Source of the DNA: an uncultured Eubacteriales bacterium
Lineage (GTDB): Bacteria; Bacillota; Clostridia; Peptostreptococcales; Anaerovoracaceae
Length of the DNA stretch: 51,872 bases
Assembly: GCA_902760855.1 (NCBI GenBank)
Contig: CACWIO010000001.1
Coordinates: 1-51,872 of the forward strand
Reading direction: 5' to 3'
The notes under the pieces are model-generated. The model searched no databases. It saw nothing but the letters and a program-made list of their open reading frames with translations, and was not told the DNA's origin. The position numbers and the translations under genes were made by a program. Positions 28,512 to 40,792 of the stretch are shown here, piece by piece. Position 1 is the first letter of the stretch. The number at the start of each line of letters is the position of its first letter.

Positions 28512-30254
28512 ATGGAAAAAGATAAACTGAAAAAACTAATCGATGTAGCTGCCGGACGCGAGAAGGCAGATGTCCTGATCAAAAACTGCAAGGTAATAAA
28601 TGTATTTAGCGGAAAGATTCAGGACGGAGAAATTGCCATCGTAGGAGATATGATAGCCGGAATCGGAGCGCCGGGTGACTACGATGCACACGAAGTTGTC
28701 GATGCAGAGGGCAAATACGCATCGCCGGGATTCATCGACAGCCATATTCATATCGAGTCCTCATATGTGTCTCCGGAGGAAATCGGAAGACTGCTCGTGC
28801 CGCACGGAGGCACGACGATAATTGCCGATCCGCATGAAATAGTCAATGTCTGCGGCTTCACGGGACTTCGATACATGATCGAAGCTGCCAAGAACACAAA
28901 GCTCGACATACGCTACATGCTCCCAAGCTGTGTGCCTGCAACTCCGTTTGAGCATGCAGGGGCTGTAATTGACGCAGAGAAGATGAAGGAAGTAATCGAC
29001 TCCGATGAGATACTTGGACTCGGAGAGTTCATGAATTTCCCGGGCGTGATTTCCGCGGCTGACGAAGTGCTGGATAAGATCGTCCTCGCACAGGAGCACG
29101 GTAAGATTATCGACGGACATTGCCCGTCTGTAGAGGGCTTGGGCTTAAACGCCTATGCTGCAGCGAGGATAAAAGGCGACCACGAGTGCTCGACTCTCGA
29201 GGAGATGAACGACCGCCTGGATAGAGGTCTATATGTGCTATTGAGACAGGGCTCGGCTTGCCACAACCTGCGCTCGCTGATACCGGGAGTCACAAGCGAG
29301 AACAGCCGCAGGCTGCTGCTTTGCTCGGACGACCGTCAGCCCAAGACGATGATTGAAGAAGGCCACCTCGACAATCACCTGCGTATCATGGGCGAGTACA
29401 ATCTGGATCCTGTAATGTGCATTCGCATGGCGACCCTGAACGCCGCAGAGTGCTTCGGCCTGGACGATCTCGGAGCCATAGCCCCGGGCTACCGCGCCAA
29501 CATCGTACTGATGGATGACCTAGAAAGCTTCCGAGTAGCCAAAGTCTGGATAGATGGTGAGCTTTGCGCAGAAGACGGGGAGTATTTGCCGGAGTTTAAG
29601 AAAACTGACATCACGCCGGTGAGATCGAGCGTTCATCTGAAGGACTTCTCCGAGGGCAAACTCAAGATGCATCTTAGCTCAGACAAGGTGCACGTCATTC
29701 AGATCATGCCGGGCGGCGTAGTTACTGCGAAGGTCGTAGAGAATGTAAAGGTCGGAGAGGACGGAGACTTCGTACGCGATCCTGATGTAGATATTGTTAA
29801 GGTTGCCGTTGTAGAGCGCCACCAGGAGACGGGTAATGTCGCACTCGGTCTGCTTAAGGGCTACGGAATCAAGAGCGGAGCTGTCGGACTTTCGATAGCG
29901 CACGACTCTCACAATCTCGTTGTAGTTGGCGTCGACGACGGAGAGATTGCCGCCGCTGTCAGAGCACTTAAAGAGATGGAAGGTGGCATGGTACTTATAA
30001 AGGATGGACAGGTGATAGAGAGCATGCCGCTTCCGATTGCCGGACTGATGAGCGATCAGAGCGGTGAATGGATCTCGGACAAACTCACGGCACTTCATGA
30101 GAAAGCCTATCATGAGCTGGGTGTCAACGAGGATGTCGAGCCTATCATGACGCTGTGCTTCATGTCCCTTGCGGTTATACCTGAAATAAAGCTGACCGAC
30201 ATGGGATTGTTCGATATCATGAAGTTTGATTTTATTCCGCTGGAAGCTAATTAG
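28512..30254 (+). CDS. ade: Adenine deaminase
   Basis: 580 aa with the canonical PGFIDSHIHIESS motif, ADPHE, and the C-terminal adenine deaminase domain. Confidence 0.85.
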   Translation: MEKDKLKKLIDVAAGREKADVLIKNCKVINVFSGKIQDGEIAIVGDMIAGIGAPGDYDAHEVVDAEGKYASPGFIDSHIHIESSYVSPEEIGRLLVPHGGTTIIADPHEIVNVCGFTGLRYMIEAAKNTKLDIRYMLPSCVPATPFEHAGAVIDAEKMKEVIDSDEILGLGEFMNFPGVISAADEVLDKIVLAQEHGKIIDGHCPSVEGLGLNAYAAARIKGDHECSTLEEMNDRLDRGLYVLLRQGSACHNLRSLIPGVTSENSRRLLLCSDDRQPKTMIEEGHLDNHLRIMGEYNLDPVMCIRMATLNAAECFGLDDLGAIAPGYRANIVLMDDLESFRVAKVWIDGELCAEDGEYLPEFKKTDITPVRSSVHLKDFSEGKLKMHLSSDKVHVIQIMPGGVVTAKVVENVKVGEDGDFVRDPDVDIVKVAVVERHQETGNVALGLLKGYGIKSGAVGLSIAHDSHNLVVVGVDDGEIAAAVRALKEMEGGMVLIKDGQVIESMPLPIAGLMSDQSGEWISDKLTALHEKAYHELGVNEDVEPIMTLCFMSLAVIPEIKLTDMGLFDIMKFDFIPLEAN

Positions 30255-30267
30255 AGAGGAGGAAAGT

Positions 30268-31839
30268 ATGAACGAAAGGAAAATTGTACCGTTTTTTCAA
30301 AGAGGCGATATCGGAGGTTTGACTTACCTTATTACCAACAATATCGTAAACTACCTAATCGTTATTTCGACGCTGATTTACGTATGTGAGTGGCCGGAAG
30401 ATATGGTGTATGGCTACGTCATCCCGGCTATGTCAATCGGACTTCTGGCAGGATGCCTTTATTACGCATGGATGGGCTACAAGCTTTCGAAAGAGACAGG
30501 CCGCACTGATGTAACGGCGCTGCCGTCCGGCGTATCCACACCGGCGATGTTCGTCATACTTTACGGTGTAATCACGCCGCTTCACTACGCACTGCACGAC
30601 CCTCAGCTCGAGTGGGCTGCTGCGACTGCAGCTTGCTTCATCGGCGGATTTGTAGAATTCCTCGGCGGATTCATAGGCCCTTGGATGAAGAGGAAGATTC
30701 CTCGCGCTGCACTCCTCGGTACCGTAGCCGGTATCGGATTTATCTGGATGGCAACTCAGGGCGTATTCGATATACTCGGAGACCCGATGATAGGCCTTCC
30801 TGTTCTGCTGGTAGCTGCAATCGGACTCTTTGGAGGATACCTCTTCCCTAAGAAGATTCCGCCACTGGTAGTGGCAATCGTCGGAGGAATTGTTTACGCA
30901 CTGGCTCTTGGACGTACAACGCCTGATTTCTCAAGCGTAGGATTCTATTTCCCGAACCCTGTTAACAGCATACAGTCGCTGATCAACGGCTTCGCAGTCG
31001 TAGTGCCTTACCTGACAATTATCATTCCGGTAGAGATTTACAACTTCATCGAGACAATGGATAATGTCGAGGCCGCGAACGCCGCAGGCGACGAATACAA
31101 TGTACGCGAAGCTCAGTTTGCCGATGGTATTTGCACGATGATCTCCGCTCTCTTTGGCGGTGTAGTTCCGAATACGGTATGGCTCGGACACGCAGGACTC
31201 AAGAAATCCGAAGCCGGCATAGGCTATTCTGTGGTTTCCGGAATCGTTTTGGGATTTGCCGGAATATTCGGTTTGTTCTCACTGCTCAACTCTTTAGTTC
31301 CGCCGGCAATCTGCGCAATTACATTCCTGTGGTGCGCTGTTGTCATGGTCGCACAGGCATTCAAGGACAACGAGCTCAAGCACTATGCCGCGGTCGGAGT
31401 TGCCATGGTGCCATCCATTGCCGACTACCTGTATACCCAGGTTACGGGTGCGGTCAGCGCAGCCAGCGACTATGCAATTGCAGTTGAAGTTCAGGCAATG
31501 GGACTTTCCGATTACAGCGCGGACTTCGTGCAGTATCTTAAGGATGCGGGCGTTATGTGGAACGGCGTTCCGGCAGTTAAATCCGGTGCGATTGTTGTCG
31601 GAATCCTGCTCGGAACTATGGTGACCTTCATAATCGATCAGAAATTGGACAAGGTCGGCATTACGGCATTCATCGGAGCAGTTCTCAGCTGCTTTGGATT
31701 CATTCACAGCGCTGCTCTTGGATTCTATCCTATCTCTCCGTTTACTATCGGATATGTAATATGCGGAGTGCTGGCATTTGTACTTCATCTCGGAAGAGAC
31801 AGCTGGTTCAAAGCACCGGACGACTTCGATTACGTATAG
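30268..31839 (+). CDS. Putative nucleobase permease (distant NCS2/AzgA-like)
   Basis: 523-aa polytopic membrane protein from the ATG at 30268 (RBS GGAGGAAAG). Segments NFIETMDNVEAANAAG and ADGICTMISALFGG parallel AzgA/PbuO-type motifs. It follows the deaminases. Confidence 0.6.
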   Translation: MNERKIVPFFQRGDIGGLTYLITNNIVNYLIVISTLIYVCEWPEDMVYGYVIPAMSIGLLAGCLYYAWMGYKLSKETGRTDVTALPSGVSTPAMFVILYGVITPLHYALHDPQLEWAAATAACFIGGFVEFLGGFIGPWMKRKIPRAALLGTVAGIGFIWMATQGVFDILGDPMIGLPVLLVAAIGLFGGYLFPKKIPPLVVAIVGGIVYALALGRTTPDFSSVGFYFPNPVNSIQSLINGFAVVVPYLTIIIPVEIYNFIETMDNVEAANAAGDEYNVREAQFADGICTMISALFGGVVPNTVWLGHAGLKKSEAGIGYSVVSGIVLGFAGIFGLFSLLNSLVPPAICAITFLWCAVVMVAQAFKDNELKHYAAVGVAMVPSIADYLYTQVTGAVSAASDYAIAVEVQAMGLSDYSADFVQYLKDAGVMWNGVPAVKSGAIVVGILLGTMVTFIIDQKLDKVGITAFIGAVLSCFGFIHSAALGFYPISPFTIGYVICGVLAFVLHLGRDSWFKAPDDFDYV

Positions 31840-31878
31840 CAGATACGGGATTGAATTATAGCAACTTGATTTAAACAC

Positions 31879-31936
31879 TGCCTCTTGTGCAAGACATGAC
31901 ACTCGGAATGTCCTGCCAAGAGGCATTTTCCATTTT
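31879..31936 (+). terminator. Intrinsic terminator of the deaminase-permease operon
   Basis: TGCCTCTTG (31879-31887) pairs with CAAGAGGCA (31917-25), with an inner GACAT/ATGTC helix, followed by TTTTCCATTTT. Confidence 0.7.
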
Positions 31937-31945
31937 ATATCCAAA

Positions 31946-31987
31946 CTATCCAAAACGCTTGACAATTGGATAGAAAATGGATAATAT
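31946..31987 (+). promoter_or_regulatory. Promoter with an overlapping palindromic operator for the HTH-Uma2 gene
   Basis: CTATCCAA (31946-31953), N12, then TTGGATAG (31966-31973). The spacer contains the -35 TTGACA (31959-31964), followed by 17 nt and TAATAT (31982-31987). Confidence 0.5.
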
Positions 31988-32050
31988 TATTTTGCAAAGA
32001 TTATAGTTGCTTTTCAACGATCAGACGGGACTAGAAGAGGAGGGCGAGAC

Positions 32051-32959
32051 ATGAAGATTGAAGATTTGATAGAAAGAAAAAAAGAGCTCGGATATACCAA
32101 TGAAATGATCTCTGAGAAATCGGGAGTGCCTCTCAGCACGGTCAACAAAATCTTCGGGGGCTTCACAGAAAGGCCGAGATATAACACCCTCCAAAGTTTA
32201 GAGTGTGTACTTTTTCCGGAGCTACACAGTCCTAAAGAAGCCGCGCTTTATAAAGATATAGTTGAAAATCTTGCGTTGGACTGGGGCAGTAGAGCAAGCG
32301 GTGGACTGGCGCTGGATGAGTATTCTGCTGAGACACCAAAGAAAGTTACTCAAGATCATTATGAAAAAGTGATTTCGTGGAAGAAACCCGGAGAATTCAC
32401 GGTGGAGGATTGGCTGAGTCTGCCGGGATGGATGAATATGGAGCTGATAGACGGAGTACTTATAGATAGGAATACTCCGACAACGAAGCATCAATTCATA
32501 GTCACCTACCTGTGCACAGCGCTTAACAACGCTATAGAAGCCAGCAAGAAAAAGAATAAAGATTGCATAGTCCTTTCTGCGCCGACAAGCGTGCAACCGG
32601 ATAAGGACGACGATAAAAACGGTTTCATTCCGGACGTTCTCATGGTTTGCGATAAAGAGAAATACAGAGGAACCGATATAATACTGGGGCCTCCGGATTT
32701 TATAACAGAGGTACTTTCTCCTTCTACCGAGAAGTATGATCGCATAGTTAAGCTTAATAAGTATTGGATGGCCGGAGTTCGTGAGTACTGGATTATAAAT
32801 ATAGAGGAAAACGAAATCTATGTATATCATTTCGATAAAGGAGCTTCGTTTAAGACATACAGCTTCGAAGATGTGATACCACTGGGCATATCAGGAGGTG
32901 AAATCACTATAGATTTCAATGCCATCTATACCCGTCTCAAATCCTTCTTTGGAGAATAG
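32051..32959 (+). CDS. XRE-type HTH domain fused to a Uma2-family (DUF820) PD-(D/E)xK endonuclease domain
   Basis: The N-terminus has ELGYTNEMISEKSGVPLSTVNKIFGG (HTH_3-like). The C-terminus has ELIDGVL...PDVLMVC...PDFITEVLSPST...YWMAGVREYWII, typical of Uma2. Confidence 0.75.
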   Translation: MKIEDLIERKKELGYTNEMISEKSGVPLSTVNKIFGGFTERPRYNTLQSLECVLFPELHSPKEAALYKDIVENLALDWGSRASGGLALDEYSAETPKKVTQDHYEKVISWKKPGEFTVEDWLSLPGWMNMELIDGVLIDRNTPTTKHQFIVTYLCTALNNAIEASKKKNKDCIVLSAPTSVQPDKDDDKNGFIPDVLMVCDKEKYRGTDIILGPPDFITEVLSPSTEKYDRIVKLNKYWMAGVREYWIINIEENEIYVYHFDKGASFKTYSFEDVIPLGISGGEITIDFNAIYTRLKSFFGE

Positions 32960-32961
32960 AT

Positions 32962-35196
<2,235 letters not shown>

Positions 35197-35217
35197 GAGA
35201 TAAGAAGGAATTAAGAA

Positions 35218-37758
35218 ATGGCTAATTTGCTAGACAACAGCAACATAATCGAGCACGAAATATACGATGAAATGAAAACCTCGTATATCGACTACGCCAT
35301 GAGCGTAATCGTCGGCCGTGCTCTTCCGGATGTCAGAGACGGACTCAAGCCGGTTCACAGGAGAATACTCTACGGCATGCACTCCCTAGGCATCACCCCG
35401 GACAAACCACACAAAAAATCCGCCCGTATCGTCGGAGAAGTAATGGGTAAATACCACCCGCACGGAGACTCCTCCATCTATGATTCGATGGTTAAGATGG
35501 CGCAGGATTTCTCGACGAGATATCCGCTCGTTGACGGACACGGCAACTTCGGTTCCGTGGACGGAGACGGCGCAGCGGCTTCGCGTTATACAGAAGCTCG
35601 CATGTCACCGTTCTCACTTCAGATGGTCCGCGACATCGAAAAGGACACCGTTGACTTCATCGACAATTACGACGGAGAAGAGCAGGAGCCTGTAGTACTC
35701 CCATCGAGAGTGCCCAACCTCCTGATAAACGGATCTAACGGAATTGCCGTCGGAATGGCTACATCAATTCCGCCTCACAACCTCGGCGAGACCATAGACG
35801 CCTGCGTTAAGAAGATCGACGAGCCGGATGCGACTTCCGCAGACCTTGCCAAGATCATCAAAGGACCGGACTTCCCGACGGGCGCGGTCATACTCGGTAA
35901 GAGTGCAGCGAAAGAGGCCTACCTCACAGGGCAGGGCAAGGTAAATGTCCGCTCGGTCTGCGAGATCAGCGAGGGCAAAGGCGGCAAGATGCAGATAGTT
36001 GTCTCCGAGATTCCGTACCAGGTCAACAAGGCAAGGCTCATCGAGTCGATGGCGGACCTCGTAAGGGATAAGAAGATCGAAGGCATCAGCGCAATTCGAG
36101 ACGAGTCGAACCGCGAGGGAACGAGAATCGTAATCGAGCTCAAGAGAGACTCGAACCCGAACGTAATTCTCAACAGACTGTATAAACACACCGCTCTTCA
36201 GACATCGTTCAGCATGATCATGCTGGCACTTGTCGACGGAGAGCCAAAGATACTCAATCTCCAGCAGATTATCGAGGAGTATCTCAAGCACCAGAAGACT
36301 GTAGTCACAAGGCGTACGAGATTTGACCTTGCTAAGGCAGAGGCCAGAGCTCATATCTTAGAAGGACTCATCATAGCGCTGGATAATATCGACGAGGTCA
36401 TCGCAACCATACGCTCGGCATACAATGACGCCAAGGAAAAACTGATGGTACGCTTCGGACTTTCCGAGATTCAGGCGCAGGCCATACTCGACATGAGGCT
36501 TGCCAAACTGCAAGGCCTCGAGCGCGAGAAGATTCAGGCGGAGTACGACGAGCTCCAGAAGAAGATTGCCTACTACAAGAGCCTGCTCGCAGATGACCAC
36601 AAACTCATGGGAGTTATCAAGGACGAGCTGCTCGAGATCAAAGAGAAGTGGGCAGATCCTCGCCGCACCAAGATCGTAGCGGACGAGGGCGAGCTCGATG
36701 AAGAGGCGCTCATCGACGAAGAGGATGTAGCGATTACGCTGACTCACCTCGGATATGTCAAGAGGGTGCCGGCAGATACATATAAGGCGCAGCGCCGCGG
36801 CGGCAAGGGCATAGTCGGACTGACCACGCGCGAGAGCGACTTCGTCAGAGACCTGATTATCACGAGCACGCACGACTACCTCATGTTCTTCACAGACATG
36901 GGCCGCGTCTACAAGATCAAGGCTTACGAGATTCCGGAAGCTTCCAGGACTGCCAAGGGCACGCCTGTTATCAACTTCCTCAATCTCAACTCGACAGAGC
37001 GCGTAACTGCGATGATTCCTATCCGCGAGTTCAGCCAGGACGAGTCGCTTGTCATGGTAACCCGCATGGGAACTATCAAGAAGACGCCGCTTAGCGAGTT
37101 CGATACAAACCGCAAGACCGGACTGATTGCCATCACACTGAAGGAAGGCGACAAGCTCATCTCCGTTGCACAGGCCACGGGAGACGATAACGTGCTCGTA
37201 GTCACCAAGCTCGGTAAGGCGATTGCCTTCTCCGAGAAGGACGTAAGACCTATGGGACGCAATGCCGGCGGCGTAAGAGCCATACTGCTCGAAAAGGATG
37301 ACGAGGTAGTATCCATGGAGCTTGACTCCGAGCAGACCAGGAAGATGCTCGTAATCACTGAGAACGGATTCGGTAAGAGGACGCCTCTCACTGAGTACAG
37401 GCTGCAGACAAGAGGCGGCAAGGGCGTAGCGACTTACGATAAGACCAAGTTCGGAAAGACCGGACATCTGGTCGGCGCTACCATCGTCAAGGACGAGGAC
37501 GAGGTCATGGTCATCAACTCCAACGGAGTCATCATCAGGATCAGAGCGAACGAAGTATCGACTTCGGGACGTACGACTCAGGGCGTTAAGATCATGAAGG
37601 TCGAAAAAGACAACCGCATTGTGTCGTTTGCCAAGGTCATCGATGAAGAGGATGCCGATAACGGCAAGTCCGCAAAGGGCGGTAAAGCCGCGAAGGACGA
37701 GAATCCGAACGTCGGAGCCGACGGAAGCGAACAACTGACCCTGACCACCGAGGAATAG
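35218..37758 (+). CDS. gyrA: DNA gyrase subunit A
   Basis: 846 aa with [23 protein letters not shown], the active-site region [11 protein letters not shown], and a C-terminal beta-pinwheel with an acidic/basic tail. Confidence 0.97.
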   Translation: MANLLDNSNIIEHEIYDEMKTSYIDYAMSVIVGRALPDVRDGLKPVHRRILYGMHSLGITPDKPHKKSARIVGEVMGKYHPHGDSSIYDSMVKMAQDFSTRYPLVDGHGNFGSVDGDGAAASRYTEARMSPFSLQMVRDIEKDTVDFIDNYDGEEQEPVVLPSRVPNLLINGSNGIAVGMATSIPPHNLGETIDACVKKIDEPDATSADLAKIIKGPDFPTGAVILGKSAAKEAYLTGQGKVNVRSVCEISEGKGGKMQIVVSEIPYQVNKARLIESMADLVRDKKIEGISAIRDESNREGTRIVIELKRDSNPNVILNRLYKHTALQTSFSMIMLALVDGEPKILNLQQIIEEYLKHQKTVVTRRTRFDLAKAEARAHILEGLIIALDNIDEVIATIRSAYNDAKEKLMVRFGLSEIQAQAILDMRLAKLQGLEREKIQAEYDELQKKIAYYKSLLADDHKLMGVIKDELLEIKEKWADPRRTKIVADEGELDEEALIDEEDVAITLTHLGYVKRVPADTYKAQRRGGKGIVGLTTRESDFVRDLIITSTHDYLMFFTDMGRVYKIKAYEIPEASRTAKGTPVINFLNLNSTERVTAMIPIREFSQDESLVMVTRMGTIKKTPLSEFDTNRKTGLIAITLKEGDKLISVAQATGDDNVLVVTKLGKAIAFSEKDVRPMGRNAGGVRAILLEKDDEVVSMELDSEQTRKMLVITENGFGKRTPLTEYRLQTRGGKGVATYDKTKFGKTGHLVGATIVKDEDEVMVINSNGVIIRIRANEVSTSGRTTQGVKIMKVEKDNRIVSFAKVIDEEDADNGKSAKGGKAAKDENPNVGADGSEQLTLTTEE

Positions 37759-37776
37759 ATTGTGGGGACTTCAATA

Positions 37777-38313
37777 ATGAAGAGAAAACTGACAATAGTT
37801 CTTGTAATCATCATGACGCTGACTTTTACTGCCTGTTCAATATTTAAAAGTGAATGGGATCCGCGCAAACACTCATTAGGCGAAATCAGCTTTGATGTCC
37901 CGGAAGGATATAATGCAATACCGAGCTTCGACAGTGTTGTGATTAAGAAAGAAGATGAAAGCTTTCGAATTATTGTCGAGAAGGTAACCGGCGAATCCTG
38001 GACTGAAGTAGAAAGCGGACAGAAGTCTATAGAGGATGCGCGACGAGAACACTATGACTCTATTGCTTCTTATTGGGGCTCCGAACCAGTAGAAATTGCA
38101 GGATGCGAAGGAGTTATTCGCAGAGATTACGGAGAGGATGGGCAACTATACGATGATTTCGCAATATTTATAACAGACAATGCGGTCTATTCCGTTCTCT
38201 TCCTCAATGAGGTATATGATGACGAGGAAGAAATGCCACAGGAAGTATTTCCTCTAACAGATGAAGAAGACGCCCTCTTTGACACCTTTATTGCATCAAT
38301 TACAAAGGAATAA
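37777..38313 (+). CDS. Lipoprotein, function unknown (one copy of a domain duplicated in 39241-40320)
   Basis: MKRKLTIVLVIIMTLTFTAC lipobox. It shares ISFDVPEGY and a C-terminal LTDEEDALFDTFIASI pattern with the 39241 protein. Confidence 0.6.
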   Translation: MKRKLTIVLVIIMTLTFTACSIFKSEWDPRKHSLGEISFDVPEGYNAIPSFDSVVIKKEDESFRIIVEKVTGESWTEVESGQKSIEDARREHYDSIASYWGSEPVEIAGCEGVIRRDYGEDGQLYDDFAIFITDNAVYSVLFLNEVYDDEEEMPQEVFPLTDEEDALFDTFIASITKE

Positions 38314-38358
38314 CTAAGTTTAAAGGCCAGTAAAAAAGGCCTCAGAGATTAAACAAAG

Positions 38359-38389
38359 CTCAAGCTTCAAAAAAGCTTGGGCTTTTCTC
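38359..38389 (+). terminator. Intrinsic terminator after the gyrA-lipoprotein unit
   Basis: CTCAAGCTT (38359-38367), loop caaaa, CCCAAGCTT complement (38373-38381), then CTTTTCTC. Confidence 0.6.
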
Positions 38390-38399
38390 ATCTTCCAAG

Positions 38400-39097
38400 G
38401 GCCATGGATTATGTGGATAAGCGAAAGGCCATGGATAAGTCCAAGGATAGTTGCAAAAGCGTGCAAACAACTATCCTCCGACTTACCCACCACCTCTTTT
38501 CTTGGGGTCGCTTATCAACATAATCCACCGCCCCTACGAAGGCGATTATAAATAATAATAGTCATATACTTCTCCGAGGGAGAAAATGTCCATTTGAGAA
38601 GTATAAATCTCCTGAATTTCAACAGAATATACTTCTCATTTGGATTTTTTCTTATTTGAGAAGTATATTCGTCCATCGTTTTTTCCGGATGTACTTCTTA
38701 TTTGAAAAATTTTTCATTTAAGAAGTATATTTCTTCAAAGTCAGGCAGCGGATACCCTCAGATATACTTCTATTTTTTGAAAAATATCATTAGAGAAGTA
38801 TATCGCTTCAAATTTTTTCAAAATTATACTTCCCAAATCAGAAAAAATTTCATTTAAGAAGTATAAGTGTTCATAAGCTGGTACTCATAAAATGGACACG
38901 CAGCTACCGAGTTTAGCACTATAGTTTCTGGCTATTATTGCTATTCATAAGGCCGATCGAGTAGTCGTAGCAGCTGTGGAGGCTGTGCGCAATCACCCAT
39001 TCAAGAATAAAGCAGGCCTGTGGGTAAGAAGGTGGGCGGCGCTTATTCTGCCGTCCACGGGCTTATCCATAGGCCTGCGGTGATAGGGCATAACTCC
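38400..39097. repeat. DnaA-box-rich non-coding element B (inverted partner of 23941-24341) with an expanded AT-rich core
   Basis: Boxes: perfect TGTGGATAA 38412-38420, CATGGATAA 38430-38438, TTACCCACC 38483-38491, TTATCAACA 38512-38520, TGTGGGTAA 39019-39027 and TTATCCATA 39063-39071. The flanks align with the reverse complement of element A. Confidence 0.8.
38565..38865. repeat. Array of five tandem palindromic units (ten TATACTTCT/AGAAGTATA half-sites)
   Basis: Forward half-sites start at 38565, 38628, 38690, 38763 and 38825; reverse half-sites start at 38596, 38658, 38720, 38793 and 38856. Arms within a unit are 30-31 bp apart (start to start), and the unit period is 62-63 bp with one 73-bp step. 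Confidence 0.85.
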
Positions 39098-39240
39098 ATA
39101 GCTGTTGAAATAGGGTAAAGTAATGCGGGCGTATATTTGCGGGAATTGTTAAAAAATGCGCAAATTTAATGCTTTATAGAGGGGTTCATGTTAATATGGT
39201 TTGAGACTTATAAGTCTAAACTGAAAGGAGAATTTATATT

Positions 39241-40320
39241 ATGAAGAGTAAGTTTGTGAAGGCGGGGCTCCTGCTGATGATGTTTGTTATTATGACAGCG
39301 CTTAGCGCATGCGGCGGAGGCGCATCGATTTCCGAGACGACCCTGGATAACGAGGGTACAAATACGGAGGCTAATTGCGGTATAAGAGAAATAGTGTTTG
39401 CCATTCCGGATGGATGGAAAGTAGTTAATTCAGAGGAAGACCACTCTGTAGACATAGCAAAGGATGGGTCCAAACACAGCATATTTATCTATACAACAGA
39501 TCAGGAAGATCTGAGCAATTCTGAAGGCGACATCTCAAAGATGACTATTGACGAGTTTTTCGACAAATACTGCAAGGTAAGTGAAAAAGCCGTAAAAGAG
39601 ACGGAAATGGAAGCAAGTACAACAACCATATGCGGCTCGGAAGCTTATTACTGCAAGAGAAAAGCTGATAACGGATTTATCTCAGCAGATATCTGCTGGC
39701 TATATAACGACGTGATATACAGAATGACGCTCAATAATTATGAAAATTATGATGAAAATGGGCCGAAACCGGACGCCGTAGCTTACACTGATGAAGACAT
39801 TGCAGCGTTTGAATACCTGATTGCCAGCATCAAGTCCGGAGACGGAAATGCACTGCAAAAGGAAGCGTTTAAGATAGACTCCGTTGCAGGATTGTCTTTT
39901 GATGCACCGGAAGGATATGAAGTGAACTTGAGCGCAATAGACTGGGTTGAATTTGCTAATCCTGACAACAATACAGTACTTCAAATAATGACGACTAATG
40001 CGGACACACTTGACAACCACACTAAAGGAGACGGGAGCAAATATGCTAGCGTAGAGGATCTTTACAAAGATATGATCTGGGACGATATGACAGACGTTTC
40101 AGTCGATGGCATCACGGCTAAGAAAAGTGTCTATGATGAGGACGGAAAGATTGTAAACGCAGAGCTAAAACTCTTCTATGATGATACTTACTACGAGATA
40201 GCGATGATGTGCGATGACACCTGGACGGAAGATGGATCGCTCAATCCTGATTCTAAAGGATTAAGCGAATCTGATGTTGCGGCGTTTGATGCATTCTGCA
40301 AGTCCTTAAAGAAGAAATAA
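39241..40320 (+). CDS. Lipoprotein with two copies of the 37777-type domain, function unknown
   Basis: The lipobox is LSAC GGG. The motifs VFAIPDGWKV and LSFDAPEGYEV each open a repeat ending in ...DIAAFEYLIASIK and ...DVAAFDAFCKSLK. Confidence 0.6.
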   Translation: MKSKFVKAGLLLMMFVIMTALSACGGGASISETTLDNEGTNTEANCGIREIVFAIPDGWKVVNSEEDHSVDIAKDGSKHSIFIYTTDQEDLSNSEGDISKMTIDEFFDKYCKVSEKAVKETEMEASTTTICGSEAYYCKRKADNGFISADICWLYNDVIYRMTLNNYENYDENGPKPDAVAYTDEDIAAFEYLIASIKSGDGNALQKEAFKIDSVAGLSFDAPEGYEVNLSAIDWVEFANPDNNTVLQIMTTNADTLDNHTKGDGSKYASVEDLYKDMIWDDMTDVSVDGITAKKSVYDEDGKIVNAELKLFYDDTYYEIAMMCDDTWTEDGSLNPDSKGLSESDVAAFDAFCKSLKKK

Positions 40321-40329
40321 GAAATAATT

Positions 40330-40791
40330 ATGAAGTTTGTAATACAAAGGGTACGTCACGCGTCGGTGGCGGTTGAAGACAAAGTAATAGGGAAGATAGG
40401 ACGCGGATATATGGTGCTCATTGGCGTGTCGGATACGGATGATGAGGCTATTGCGGATAAGATGGTCGATAAGATGCTGAAGCTGCGCATCAACATGGAT
40501 GAAGAGGGGAAGACGAATCTCTCGCTCGCCGACGTGGGCGGAGAGCTGCTCCTCATCTCGCAGTTCACGCTCTACGCCAATTGCCGTAAAGGCAATCGCC
40601 CTTCGTTTATCGGGGCAGGCTCTCCGGAGCACGCCAATGCGCTGTATGAATATATCATCGAGCGCTGCAGGGAGAGCGTGCCGGTCGTGGAGAAGGGCGC
40701 GTTCGGCGAGGAGATGGCGGTCGAGCTTCTGAACGACGGGCCGTTCACGATTATTCTCGATTCCGAAATGTTCAACGAGCCGCGAGCATAA
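40330..40791 (+). CDS. dtd: D-aminoacyl-tRNA deacylase
   Basis: [15 protein letters not shown] and NDGPFTI motifs; 153 aa. Confidence 0.92.
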   Translation: MKFVIQRVRHASVAVEDKVIGKIGRGYMVLIGVSDTDDEAIADKMVDKMLKLRINMDEEGKTNLSLADVGGELLLISQFTLYANCRKGNRPSFIGAGSPEHANALYEYIIERCRESVPVVEKGAFGEEMAVELLNDGPFTIILDSEMFNEPRA

Positions 40792-40792
40792 A

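Noticed and set aside
36358-37734. 458-aa - strand ORF
   Set aside because: It lies entirely inside gyrA on the opposite strand. It is typical of long antisense frames in GC-rich coding DNA and has no independent signals. The same reasoning rejects 3146-4000 (+, inside mnmE), 13566-14246 (-, inside tdk/psuK), 20653-21489 (-, inside jag), 40306-40827 (-, inside dtd), 31294-31965 (-) and 46433-46981 (-).
38565-38865. Possible CRISPR array
   Set aside because: The repeats are only ~10-14 bp and alternate in orientation. The 'spacers' are AT-rich and similar to one another, and no cas genes are nearby. It is a palindrome/iteron-type array, not CRISPR.
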